Origin: Tetramitus jugosus
Taxonomy: Eukaryota; Protista; Heterolobosea
Length of the DNA: 64,000 nt
Direction: 5' to 3'
Assembly (NCBI GenBank): GCA_937625935.1
Contig: OW569363.1
Location: 434,001-498,000, forward strand
This document shows positions 1-12,061 of this stretch, one piece after another. The notes below the pieces were generated by a model. It saw only the letters and a program-made list of their open reading frames with translations. It was not told the origin of the DNA and ran no database searches. How positions within the stretch are numbered: the stretch's first letter is position 1; every line of letters starts with the position of its first letter. A program made the position numbers and the translations under genes.

Positions 1-343
1 ACAGACAGTTACTTCATTGCACCAAAGAGACAAGGCACTCAGAAGAAAGCAAAATCTGATTAATAATGAGAGACTAAGTTTATGCGAACAAGCTAACATA
101 TTATTTATTTTGCTCCTGTTGCATTTTACAATAAACATGAATTTAGATATCCAGTCAACTCTTTTTCAACATGTCCTACGGAGAGTAGGGTATACTATGT
201 CTGTTGAGGAGTAATGGAGAAATGCAAGGGAGATTAGCCAGAATTCAGAAATTGTGCGCAGTGGATTTTCTGAACGCAGCCCTTTGAAAGGTTCAAGTGG
301 TATTGAGAGTGTGACACAAGCAACTCAAACACAAAACGAAACA

Positions 344-1111
344 ATGTTCCTTGGACACTTTGGCCCAGCCTACCTGATCAAAACAATCAATCCTGACCTT
401 CCTCTGTGGTTGCTCTTGCTCGCAACTCAAATGACGGAAACAATCTACGTTGTACTGTCAATTCTCGGAATTGAAACCACGGTTTACCTGCCAGAACTGA
501 AGAGTGCCTTTCCCTATAATCTACAGACAGATTGGTCCCATTCCCTATTTGTCGGAGTTGTTTTGGCGGCAACCATTGTCACCTTCATCTACGGTATTTT
601 CTGCAACCAAAAACCAACACTGAGAAGAATATTCTGGTTGAATGTGGCAGCTGCAAGTCACTTCTTTTTGGATGTTCTGGTTCATGAACCTCATTTGCCC
701 ATTGTAACTCCTCAAGTATTGGATTGTTTTGGAGTATCTGCTGATAGTCTTCCTTTGCTTGGTTTCAATTGGTGGATCTTGTATCCTACCCAAACGTTCC
801 ATCAGACGATTGAGGCCGCTATTTGTGTTGGTTTGTTCATTATCTTGATCCTGAGTCAATGGAACAATACACACAAGTCTATTGGATGGATACTGAATGT
901 CGTGTTGACTGTGGTAGTTGCCTTGATCATTCCTTGTCAAAGTGTTGTTGATGAACTGGCTGGAAAGGGCTATCAGGCATTTGAACCAAATGTTATATAC
1001 ACCGCGCTGATTGGTGCTCAGGTAGTGTTCGCATCGTTGGGTCATTGGACAGACAGTTACTTTGTACAACCAAAGAAACGAAGCACCCAAAAGACAACGA
1101 AATCTGATTAA
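344..1111 (+). CDS. Multi-pass membrane protein resembling the bacterial YdjM-like membrane metal-dependent hydrolase family
   Basis: First ATG at 344 (the track starts at an upstream GTG). Motifs MFLGHFG, WSHSL and SHFFLDVLVH among hydrophobic helices. No intron. Confidence 0.6.
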   Translation: MFLGHFGPAYLIKTINPDLPLWLLLLATQMTETIYVVLSILGIETTVYLPELKSAFPYNLQTDWSHSLFVGVVLAATIVTFIYGIFCNQKPTLRRIFWLNVAAASHFFLDVLVHEPHLPIVTPQVLDCFGVSADSLPLLGFNWWILYPTQTFHQTIEAAICVGLFIILILSQWNNTHKSIGWILNVVLTVVVALIIPCQSVVDELAGKGYQAFEPNVIYTALIGAQVVFASLGHWTDSYFVQPKKRSTQKTTKSD

Positions 1112-1206
1112 TTTAAAAAGAGTTTACAGTGCTCTGCATATCATTGTTTTATCTGTTGCATCTTACAATCAACTTTTAGTACAAACTCACAGTCTACTTG
1201 AGGAAA

Positions 1207-2724
1207 TCAAATGCATCCTTGTTGAATAGTGGCTTCAGCAACCTTCAAGAAAGCAGAAATGTTGGCTCCAGCGTTCAAGTTAATGTACCCGTCTTCAGTA
1301 GTCTGCTTGTATTCAATGGCGGAATTCTTGCAATCTTCGAAAATGGACTTCATAATGTCTTCGAGCTTTTGGTACACTTCTTCGCGACTCCACTTGATAC
1401 GCATCGAGTTCTGTGACATCTCCAGTCCCGAAACTGCAACACCACCTGCATTGGCAGCCTTCGCTGGTCCATACCATACCTTTTTATCAACATAGTAGTG
1501 AATAGCTTCAATCGTAGAAGGCATATTGGCTCCTTCGACGACGTATCGACAACCATTCTCAACTAGCTTGACCGCATCTTCCAATTGAATTTCATTCTGT
1601 GTGGCACATGGACAAGCAACGTCACACTTGAGACCCCATGGTTTAGCATCCTTCACATATTTTGCCTTGGAGGAGAGTGAACAATACTCCTTGATCCTCT
1701 CTCTCCTTTCATTTTTCAATTGCATGATGCACTCAATTTGGTCTCTTGTAAAACCGTCTGGTTCAAAAATATAGCCATCACTGTCGCTCAATGACACCAC
1801 TTTTGCTTCACACTCCAACAATTTGAGTGCACAGTATTGAGCCACGTTGCCCGAGCCACTGACTACACAAACTTTTCCTTTGAGAGACTCGCGATTGTGT
1901 AGCACCATTTGCTCCAAAAAGAAAACAACTCCGTATCCTGTAGCTTCCGGTCTCAACAAACTTCCTCCGTACGAACTTCCTTTACCCGTTAGAATTCCGG
2001 TAAAATTATTACAAATTTTTTTGTATTGACCGAACAAGTAGCCAATTTCGCGCTCTCCCACACCAATATCTCCTGCTGGTACATCGGTATCGGGTCCAAT
2101 GTGCCTCCACAGCTCATTCATGAAAGCTTGACAAAATCTCATAATCTCATTGTCCGAACGGCCCTTGGGATCAAAGTCGGCTCCACCTTTTCCACCACCC
2201 ATTGGCAAGTCAGTCAACGCATTCTTAAAGACTTGTTCAAAGCCAAGAAACTTTAGAATACTGAGGTTGACTGATGGATGGAACCGGAGACCTCCCTTGT
2301 ATGGACCCAGAGAGCTATTGAACTGGACGCGATATCCTCGGTTGATTTGTTCATTGCCCTTGTCATCGATCCAAGAAACACGGAAGACAATAATTCTCTC
2401 CGGCTCTAAAATTCGTTTCAATACACGAACATACTGATTCCTGTACTTGTGGTGTCTGGCGGATCGCTCAGAGGAAGATGCCAAGGATGGATTCTTGGCA
2501 CTGTTCAACACGGGTTCAATCGAGTGAAGTATCTCGAGCACTGCTTGATGGAATTCTGTTTGGTCGGGGTCCCTGGTTCGTACGAGATTCATCAACTCCT
2601 TGACAATTCCGGGGTCGGATGGAGAGGCTCGGTCATACTTGTGCTGTTCAATCGATGACGTATGTTTGGATTGTTCAATTGAGTCTTCGGATGACTTGAC
2701 GCTACTCTTCTTCGTTTCGACCAT
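1207..2724 (-). CDS. gdhA: NADP-specific glutamate dehydrogenase
   Basis: GPYKGGLRFHPSVNLSILKFLGFEQ, PMGGGKGG, DVPAGDIGVG, RPEATGYG, GSGNVA, KAANAGGV. Confidence 0.95.
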   Translation of the reverse strand: MVETKKSSVKSSEDSIEQSKHTSSIEQHKYDRASPSDPGIVKELMNLVRTRDPDQTEFHQAVLEILHSIEPVLNSAKNPSLASSSERSARHHKYRNQYVRVLKRILEPERIIVFRVSWIDDKGNEQINRGYRVQFNSSLGPYKGGLRFHPSVNLSILKFLGFEQVFKNALTDLPMGGGKGGADFDPKGRSDNEIMRFCQAFMNELWRHIGPDTDVPAGDIGVGEREIGYLFGQYKKICNNFTGILTGKGSSYGGSLLRPEATGYGVVFFLEQMVLHNRESLKGKVCVVSGSGNVAQYCALKLLECEAKVVSLSDSDGYIFEPDGFTRDQIECIMQLKNERRERIKEYCSLSSKAKYVKDAKPWGLKCDVACPCATQNEIQLEDAVKLVENGCRYVVEGANMPSTIEAIHYYVDKKVWYGPAKAANAGGVAVSGLEMSQNSMRIKWSREEVYQKLEDIMKSIFEDCKNSAIEYKQTTEDGYINLNAGANISAFLKVAEATIQQGCI

Positions 2725-2978
2725 TCTTTCAAAGGTACTCTGTTAAGTGACTGTTCGGTTTAGTTGTTTTTGTTGTATGTCTGTTGTGAAGGAGAGATGT
2801 TACACAAAACATCGATGCTGTGCGATCAGGTGTCCAAAGTTAGGTTCGAAGCGCGAAATATGGAAATTAGTTCACTGGACAGTCAACCTGCTTTACAAAA
2901 AAGATTTCCATAAATAATAGTTTTTATTCGAATGGCGATCATTCGAAAGAAATCTCAGGGATGATGACGCACAGCTGT

Positions 2979-5900
2979 TTACCAGAATGCACACCAACCA
3001 ATGTAGCACTGGCATAGATTGGCATGCGAGGTTGCCTGTTCAATCAAAAGTTGAACTTGATCAGAGTAGTCCAAAGGTTTCTGTACAACGTGGACATTGC
3101 TGATTGCTTCATCCTCACTCGAGTCTTCGCTTTCAAAATCTCTACCAGTTAATTTCTTGTTGATTCTGTTGATGACTGCCAAGGCTCTCTTGTTCAACGC
3201 TTCAGGTTGAAGTTCCTCGTCGACCAAGTCCATCTCAGTACGCAATGATTTCTTGAGTTCTCTTTCCTTGACAGATCGAGAAGGATGTCTGCCTCTGTCA
3301 TCAACTGATCCATATTGAGACAGCTCATCGACTACACCGAAATCGTTTTGTGTTTGCTGGATTTCGTTAGGGTTGCCAATACTGGCCTTGTTCGATGCAG
3401 CCACTTGTTCTTCCTCAGCAGTTGTCTCCAACAAACGCCAGTTGATCAAAGGATCATGAACAAAGGCTTCCAACATGGCCATGACAGAGTCTTTGTTCTC
3501 TCTCAGCACTCTCATCACACCCTCACAAGTGGATTTGAATGTACCCTCAATACCACAAACTTCCATTGCATTCACCAACATTCTGGTCAATCTGAATGGA
3601 ATTCTTTCAGGGAACTTTTCTCTGTTCATGGCCACTTCGAAGCAATCTCCGAAATCAATGTGAACCACCTTACCGGTCAGCTTTTCGAGCATGAGATTGC
3701 TTGGATGACGATCACCAAGACCGAGAATGTAGCCCACCATGGACATTACAGCGAGGGATCTGGTATAGTTTGTACGTCTGTCTAACCAAACTTCTGAATT
3801 TCTGCTCTTCAGCCACAACACCTTGTACAAGTCTTGACCTGCAGTGTTCTCCAGAGAATGTTCAAACACTTCAATCTTTTGCATGAGAGATAGATTGTCA
3901 TAGTCAGATGCCATTTGCATCATCAATCTGTGCTCAATGTTTAGTAAAATGTTTCTACTCTCTCTAAACTCCTTGATCAATTGATGAAGAGTGTCACAAT
4001 TGTCCACCCATCCAATCAAACCAGCGTTCGAACTCAGAGGAATGACAGCATAACGCTTGATAGTCAAATCGCGAGTTGATGTTTCTGGATCAGTTTGCAG
4101 CAATGTGTTGACCAAACCAAACAGCTGCATGACTCTCTCATCTTGTCTTAAATCTTCGTGACCCTTGAGCAAGAATTGATATTCGTTACCATCACTGCCA
4201 AATATTTTAAGCTTTCTAGGTCTTTGTTTCGAAGTGATCACCTTGAGTTGTCGTGCAAAGCTTGCGATTCGAACAATCTCGCCACCTGTTCTATAAGTTC
4301 CAGGAACAGCTAGTTCTAGACAAGAGGCATCCAACAGTTTTGGAGACACATATTGAAGCTCAAGTTTCATCATATGGTGTAGTTGTTTGTTAATTCTTCT
4401 GAATACATGATAGTAGAGATCCCATGCTTGTGTTAGATCGCTTTCCTTACGAGATCTCTTATACTTCTTACACCAATCTAAGGCTTCCTGCAAATCTCTT
4501 CCGAAACCTTGTTGGAAGGACAATTCACTTAGAGTTTCTGCCTTGTCCATCATTTGATGAAGAGGTTTCAAAGTCTTGAACATACCCTCAACATCGTGTT
4601 CACCAAAGTAGAGTCTAGAACCCTCCTCCAGACCTTCGTGCCATAGTTCATTCCAGAGAATCGCTACTCGGATCAACTCATGACTCACTAACAAGGCTTG
4701 TTCAACAAGCACAGGTGAGTGAATTCTCATCTGGTTCAGGAGCAAATCAGCGGCACGTTTTCTCGTCTTGGATGCATAGAAGGAGCAAACAGTCAGAGGA
4801 TAAATCAAGGCTTGAGGATGCGCCTTTCCGACATTGGAGAGCAACTTGTGAATCAACTTTTGAATTGGGACAATATGAGAGTTCACACGAGCAATAATCT
4901 GTGGGATCACCTCTAGCCATGTGTCAATACTAACATTATTAAATCCTTCGTTCAACGCATCAGCAGCTTTCTTAATGGCACCATGCTTGAACCACAAAGT
5001 GAGCAGACGAAGAATATCTTGCAAACTAGAATTAGTGTTTGGACTCAAACTAATAGATCGGAAGAAAGCTTGAATAGCTGGAACTAAATAATCGACAATT
5101 TGAGGATCGTTTGGCTCATGTTTCGTCAACACTTCAGAGTTCATCATAGCGAGAGCGTGCCATGCCTTGTACCAGTTTTCGTCGTACTTGGTTGCACACT
5201 GTAAATTGTTCAAGATTTCGCGGTCTGTTGCTTTTGAGCTTGATCGGTTTGCTTGAGCCAAGGACTTTTGCCATTGTCCAAGAGTTAAGTAGCAGCGTGC
5301 AGTGAGAGCATTGTTGGTAGTTGCATTGTCAACAAATTGAGACAACAACTGGAAGGATTGAACCTCACGTCCCTCTGCCCACAAATGTTTCATATACTCG
5401 AAGGCAACCTTTGGGTGAACAGCTGCACGAGGATCGAGCAACAATTCAGGTGATTGTAATGGATCAAATCCTCTGACGAGTAGAGACAAAGTTTTAGCAC
5501 TCAATTGCATCTTGTTAGATTTTCTGCTCAAGGATGCAAACTTTAGCCAAACATCCATATCTTCCAGTGGTGAGACAACGAGTCGTCTGACTGAGAGAAT
5601 GTCCTGCCAATGTTCAACATTTCTTCTACAACCCTTTAGTCTTTCAGTCCAGGTGTTTCGAATGAATTTACGCTTTTCCTTGTCTGCTGTCTTCTTGAAT
5701 TCAATAATTTCTTCCATTTCTGACAATTGCTGCACTCTAACAATCACGTCATACGCACGATTGTAGCTCTCACTAATCAGAGCTGCTAATTCAGTATCAA
5801 TAATATGTCTTGTCTTATCAATCAAAGATTGTGCAACAACGAATTCTTCTCTGTGAATGGCTAGGATCGCACGGAAGAATGTACCTTCGCTGGACTCATC

Positions 5901-8900
5901 CATAGCACCCACATATTGTCTCATCACATCCCATTCAGACAGATTCCAAGCTGCAGCGGCAGCCATTGGAGCCATTTGAGTTTTCATGGTTTGATCAGCG
6001 TGAGTCCATGAATCCTTGCACAAATGGTGCAACATTTCCCATTGACCCAGAGCTTTCAAACAACGCATCTTACCCAACACCAATGACGTATCGTAAGATC
6101 CATATTGTAATTTCTCTTCATATGCATCATATGCTTCCTCCCATCTTTGAAGCTTCTCATACCATGATTCTTGAAGATCAATACTGTGAATGTTTTGAGC
6201 GTACTTCAAAATACCCATGGCAGCTTCGTATTGCTGAAGCTGATTATTGATACTAATCAAATCCTCTACCATTGTACTGGGACTCTCTCTGAACAAAGCT
6301 TCTTTGTAGTGAAGAGCCTTTGCATAGCATTGACATCTGACAGCCAATTCACCCAGCTTGTGGTTTTTAATGTTCAAGGGTTTTTCATCATGCTCCATGA
6401 ATTCGGCTAAATTGAGCAATGTCTGAAGAACTTCGGCTGGGAGATTGGCTGAGCTGAAAGCAGTCAAGAATGATTGAACAATTTCATTTTGAGACTGAAT
6501 GTCCAATTCTGAGTAACAACTCACAAAACCAGCATTGAACAATTCTCTTGCCAATGGATAGTACAGTTGGGCAAGAGCAGAGCAAGATCTCAAAGCAGGA
6601 GATGGAGATTCCCTGAGCAATTCAACTGAAAAGCCACGAATCCACTCAATCCAATCCTCCTTTGTTGCTCTTTGGGATGCTTCCCAAGCCTTTCTCAAAC
6701 TAGGTTGATTGACGTGCATCTTCTTGACTTCGGAGGATGTCGACTCAGTATCAGCAGACAATTCATTCTCGTCATCATCGTCGTCATAGGTTTCTGCCGG
6801 CAGTGGGGCATCTTTTAGAAGGAGTGTCACAAGTTCCTTGTACCGTGGATGTTGGATATGGTATTGTGTAATAATTTTGTTGACCATAGGGATGAAGATT
6901 CCATAATCTGGACCGAGCTGATGCACAAGAATGCACAAGGTGTCCATTGCACACTTTCTGAGTTCAGCACTCTGTACTTTCAATACTCTACTAAGTGGAT
7001 GGATGATACGGGCCGAGTATTCTGTGAAATTAAGAATACGACTTAATCTACCAATTGTTTTCATTGCATCCAATTTCAATTCAGTCGAAGCATCAGAATG
7101 TTCAAACAGTCTCACAACTGCTGGGATAACTAGGTACAGATAATCCTCGAGGTGTCTTCCGAACACGAATAAGGCGTGCAGCGCCTTTGTAGACACTTCT
7201 TGTCTACTGCTCTGATCACTTTGCAGTACTCCAAGTAATTGAGGGATAACCTCAGGTAGATATGGCTTAAACTCCTCATTCAATGCAACACAAATTTCCT
7301 CCTCTAACAAGATGATCTGAACCTTATAGTCAGCTGTCCAGAATGTCTGAATCAGATTAAATATTTCATCGAGGTAGCCTCTAATATGTTGTTTCACAAT
7401 CGATACGAGAACGCTCAATTGCTGGAACATATTGTTTCTCATGCTCGAGTCACACGTCCTGATCAAGTTCAAGAACGGAGGTAGTACTTGAGGCAAGAAT
7501 GGAACACATTTCATGCCTAAACTGGTATAAATGAACATAACTGCTTGAATAACAGCAGTATGGTTACTCTTCAAGGATGGATCGTTCAGAATTTTGATAA
7601 GCGCTGTAAAAGCAACAGTAGGATAATATTCTTCAGATGAGGGACTCAATCCTGGCAATACATCTGGCGAACTGTCTAACAAAGCAACCTCGTTCGTAGT
7701 CTGAGCTTGTAATCGATGCAATTTGTGTTTGTAAGGATCAATAGCACCCAAAATACCGAGAACCTTGATGACTTCTCTTCTGGTCGACCAGTCCTCCTCT
7801 CCTTTTAGAGTGTTAAATAATGTGGTTAATAAATTAGGATATTTGGTATATGGTTTGATGACATAACCAGTGCTAGCCACAAGTTGACCAAGAGTTCGAA
7901 CAGCAATGGCCCTCTTTGTGGTTGAGCCTTGATCGTGTAGTGTTTCGATGACCAGAGGCAAAAGCTGGTCCATAAATTGCATAATATCTGCACCACCAAC
8001 TTGAGCAAGTTTGCCAGTTGTATCCAAGACACACGATGATACAGTTGCATTTGAGTCACTAATTCTCTCCATCAACACCTTCAAAATGCTTGAAACATAA
8101 GGTTTGATCAACCGAGGAGCTGCTTCAATCAATAGGCCAAGCATGCGCGCACTTTCTTCCTTGTTGCGTGTATCTTCACTGAACTCCAGTTCTGTCAAGA
8201 GTTGTAATAGTGACTTACGCAGAGAGGGGAGAACAAATGCAGGATTTCTGACACTCAATCGACCAATAATAGATATGGCGGCTTCTCTCACAGCGAAATC
8301 TTCATCATTCAAGGCGATAAATAATGCCCTTAAATTGTCGGATAGTGCAAGATAATGGTCAAATCTGTAATCGAGAGACGATAAAAGCGCAGATCTAATA
8401 CTTGGATCCGAGTCCGTTATTCCCACAGTCAATAGTCTCGTTAATACATCACCCACAACATAACCAAAGTGGCCCTTCACTGGAGGAATTCCTTCACTGA
8501 CTAATAATTTACAACAAGTTTTAGCTGCCTCCTTTCTAATCTCAGGGCTATCGTCTTCTAAGAAGTTAATGATACAGTCTTTTACAAATTCAGTCAGGTT
8601 GTGTCCCTTCATGTTAAACTCACCCAAAGTTCGCAATGCAAGCTCAATCGTCTCTTGATCTGTGTGATCGATAGCAGATGTGTTGAGAGATCGAGAGCTC
8701 GATGGATTGTATGGATTTTTAGATAATATGAGCGAAATTGTGTCGAGTAATCGTTCTTGGATCGCTCGTAATAGAGATGGAATGTGTTGGGCAATCGACG
8801 TCAATGAATCAGTCAAAAAGCTGGAAAGACCAGCACAAAACATTTGATCTACAATGATGAAAAATGTGGTGTTAATCAAAATGATATAAACAGCCAAAAC

Positions 8901-10278
8901 AAACATATTACTCAATACGTACCGAGCATATTCGAAACATAAACAGCAATTGCTTCACCGACTGCCTCACCAACCATACTGAGGCATGTTAACGCTTCAG
9001 GTACAAAAACTCTTCGATTCCTTGGTGTGATACCATCCTTGATGGCAGTCATAATTGTGTCAATGTGTGGCTTCAGTGGCTCCTCACCAACTTGTTGAGA
9101 GAGCTTGCCCAGTGCAATAAAGGCATAAGAGCGCTCAGACGAAGCCGAATTCAGAACAGACAAAATAATACGTATCGCCTTTTCAAAATAAGCATCAATA
9201 AACTGCTTTTGATAGACGGCTGCCATGCTAGGTATCAGTCGAATCACCGTATTTTTCACCAGCTTATCCTTATCATTCGAGTATTGCAACACAGTGTCGC
9301 ACGTGAAGATCATATTTCTGTTCATAAAATCAGGTGCATTATTCAACAACTCTTCAATGACGAGCAAACTGCCATGAACGTGTTCAGCAGGCTTATTTGG
9401 AGCCAATCCCTGCTTTGTCTTCTCAAACAAATCCTCGTACCAAGTATTGTTAAGAGAGTAACGTTCTGACACGAGAGCCAAAACAGCACTCAGTGCCAAC
9501 TTTGAACCATCACGCACCAATTGCGATGGATCTCTCAATCCATTCCAAATATACTTTAAGAAATCAACTGCATGAGCAAAGAAGAGTGTAGGTGCATTCT
9601 CAGCCAACTCTTTTAGAACATAGACAGCGGCATAACGTCTTCCGTCATCCTTGTGACGATGAGCATTGTTGTCACCTTCGAGCCACTCTAGTGCTCTCTT
9701 TGTTTCAAAATCAACCCATTCGGCAGTCAATGTCTTACTCGTGGTTGAATCAGATGCCTTAGCCAATCTTCCCAATGCTCTAGTCACCATTAACACAGTA
9801 GTGGCATCACCGTGCTGATTCGTCAACACATTTCTCAAATAATTAGAAAATCGAGTAATTTTTCTCTGATCATCATAATTCAAATCAATCAATTGATCAA
9901 TTGAAACAATAGCGGCGATTCTATCGTTTGCATCCCTAGAGTTGACCATTACATGAATTTCCTTGTTTAGTTCTTCCAAAAAGTTGAAGAAGGAGTCTTT
10001 TGAACGCTCACGTGCAATTTTTTCAACCTAATTTTTTTTTGATGCATCAACCATCACAAATCATCATGATGACGAAAAGAGGAGGAATCAGTGGAATGGT
10101 TCATCATCGTGAGTGAGTGAGTGGGGAAAAATCTCAAGTCAAAAAAACAACATACATAGTTTCGCAGTTCAATGGCATGTTTTTGACGAGCACCATCATC
10201 CTTCTTCTTCAAAGAACTCAAAATTTCTCTCAATTGAACATCACCAGTGGATGTTGAAGCGAAAGATGGAGCCGACAT
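2979..10278 (-). CDS. TOR: Target of rapamycin kinase (3 exons: 10278-10156, 10027-8923, 8848-2979)
   Basis: HEAT repeats, FAT, FRB (WHEGLEEGSRLYFGE), kinase (KGHEDLRQDERVMQ, GLGDRHPSN, HIDFG) and FATC (LCQCYIGWCAFW). Introns 10028-10155 (GTATGT..TAG) and 8849-8922 (GTACGT..TAG) join three track ORFs in frame. Confidence 0.96.
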
Positions 10279-10600
10279 AATAAATTAACGATTATTCACA
10301 AAAAGAGAAAGCTTTCAAGGATGGATTCTATATTTTTTTTTTCTATTCCTTTCCAGTCGTTGTTGTTATCACAAAAGTGTTGGTTCTTTTTGTTGTCGTT
10401 CGAACGAGCTTTTTTCCATGTAGGAGTTTTCGCTTTAGATCCCTTACAAAGTAATATTATCCGATACCGATGTGTTTCTCCGAGACATGCAAAAATTCGA
10501 GAGTTCCATCCCGGAACACCATAACGCGCCAAAATCAATTAATCGTAAGCTGTCAGCAAAAGCAGACGACCAAAGAGCCAAAAGCTTTTTCAAACACCAA

Positions 10601-11968
10601 ATGACGAAAACATGGCCACACACAACCACAATACAACAACCACGATATCGCCTTCTCACACTACTCTTATTCATCATCCTACTCCTCCTCATCACAACAC
10701 ACATCTCATGCACCTCCTCCTCCATCATTAACAACAACAACAACTCAACTACTACAACTACAACAACAACAGTGCTCTCATGCTACTCCACTCCTGGTTG
10801 CATCCAACATTTTCAATCAATCTCTGAAAAATGTCTTGGAAGGTACTGTGGTCGTCATTCACTCACTCATCAACACATTCAATTCGTTTCCAATTCAAAA
10901 AGTGAGTGTAAAGCTTGTCCTCGTGGGTACAAGACTGATGGATGGGTATGTGTGCCCTGTCAACGATCCACCATGAAAGCTTATTCCATTTTTTTCATCA
11001 TTTTCATGTTTGGTCTCGTTCCTGTCATCAATCTGATGAGTATTGAGCATTTTGGAGTCAGTCATTTGTCAAAGTATGTTATTTGTTGTGTGTGTATATA
11101 TATATATATGTCAATTTGATGATCACATGAAACACTTTCAACAAAAACTCACATGTATTCACTGACTTTAAAAATCAGAGCTCTGTTGAGTGTGAGTTGT
11201 GTGATTGAATGCGTAATTGCAAGTATATTGGCAGTGATTTGTACAGATGCCAAATTTCAAGTCTCCTCATGTGACATTGAACGACTCGGTGATTTTTATT
11301 CCTTGTTTTTTGATTCGATGGGATCAGAGTGCACCACGGATCGTGCCTTTCCACTGTACACGATCGTGTTCATTTATTATGCATTTTGTGTGGCACTCAT
11401 GTTCTTGTTGAGAGTGCCCATGGCAAAACTAGTGTCGTTGATTGAGTGGAAAAAGGATTCGGATTTTGAGCACAAGGAAGCTATGCAAACATTCTTTCAT
11501 TCGATTTATGTGCCTCTCTGGGTGATTCCACTGCTGTCTGTGCTGCACTTTTTATTTATTGGATTAATCTATTATTCGTTTGCCTATGTGGGACTCGTTT
11601 TGTGTTTTGGTGGAGATTTGGTGCATTCGGCGTTGGCATCCAGTGGAAAGTATCCCAGTCCGATTGTTAAGCGATCTCTGTGGTTCATTTTTCGATATTT
11701 GGTGTCCGTGTGGCTCATTTATGCCATTTTGGACTTTTTCTATGATTCAAAGGTCAATTTGTTGTGGCTTCTATTTTGCTTTGGAGCGCCAGGTATGTGA
11801 TTATTATGTGTATTCTCTTGCTCTCTTTATAAGATTCATTGATTGTTGTATCTCACACACGCATGTGCAATTGATTATCATGTTGTCAATCCGTTAGTTC
11901 TTGTCAAGATATTCTTTTTCATTTGTGGTTTCTGTATTGGATTTGTTATACGGGACGACGACGAATGA
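10601..11968 (+). CDS. JKAMP: JNK1/MAPK8-associated membrane protein homologue (3 exons)
   Basis: CLGRYCG...CKACPRG...CVPC cysteine module and PLYTIVFIYYAFC as in JKAMP. Introns 11074-11178 and 11793-11897 (GTATG..AG) restore one frame. Confidence 0.85.
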
Positions 11969-12061
11969 GAGAGGTTGCGAAATGAGAACGCTCTGTGTAC
12001 AAACGTGTAAAATTTATCAACTAGTTATTTATTGAAGAACATTATACAATGCTTTTGAGTA

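Noticed and set aside
8849-10155. Apparently split or frameshifted ORFs (TOR, and likewise NEK, kinesin, G-alpha, RER1, PFDN5, PTAR1-like)
   Set aside because: Each break is explained by a canonical GT-AG intron that restores the frame.
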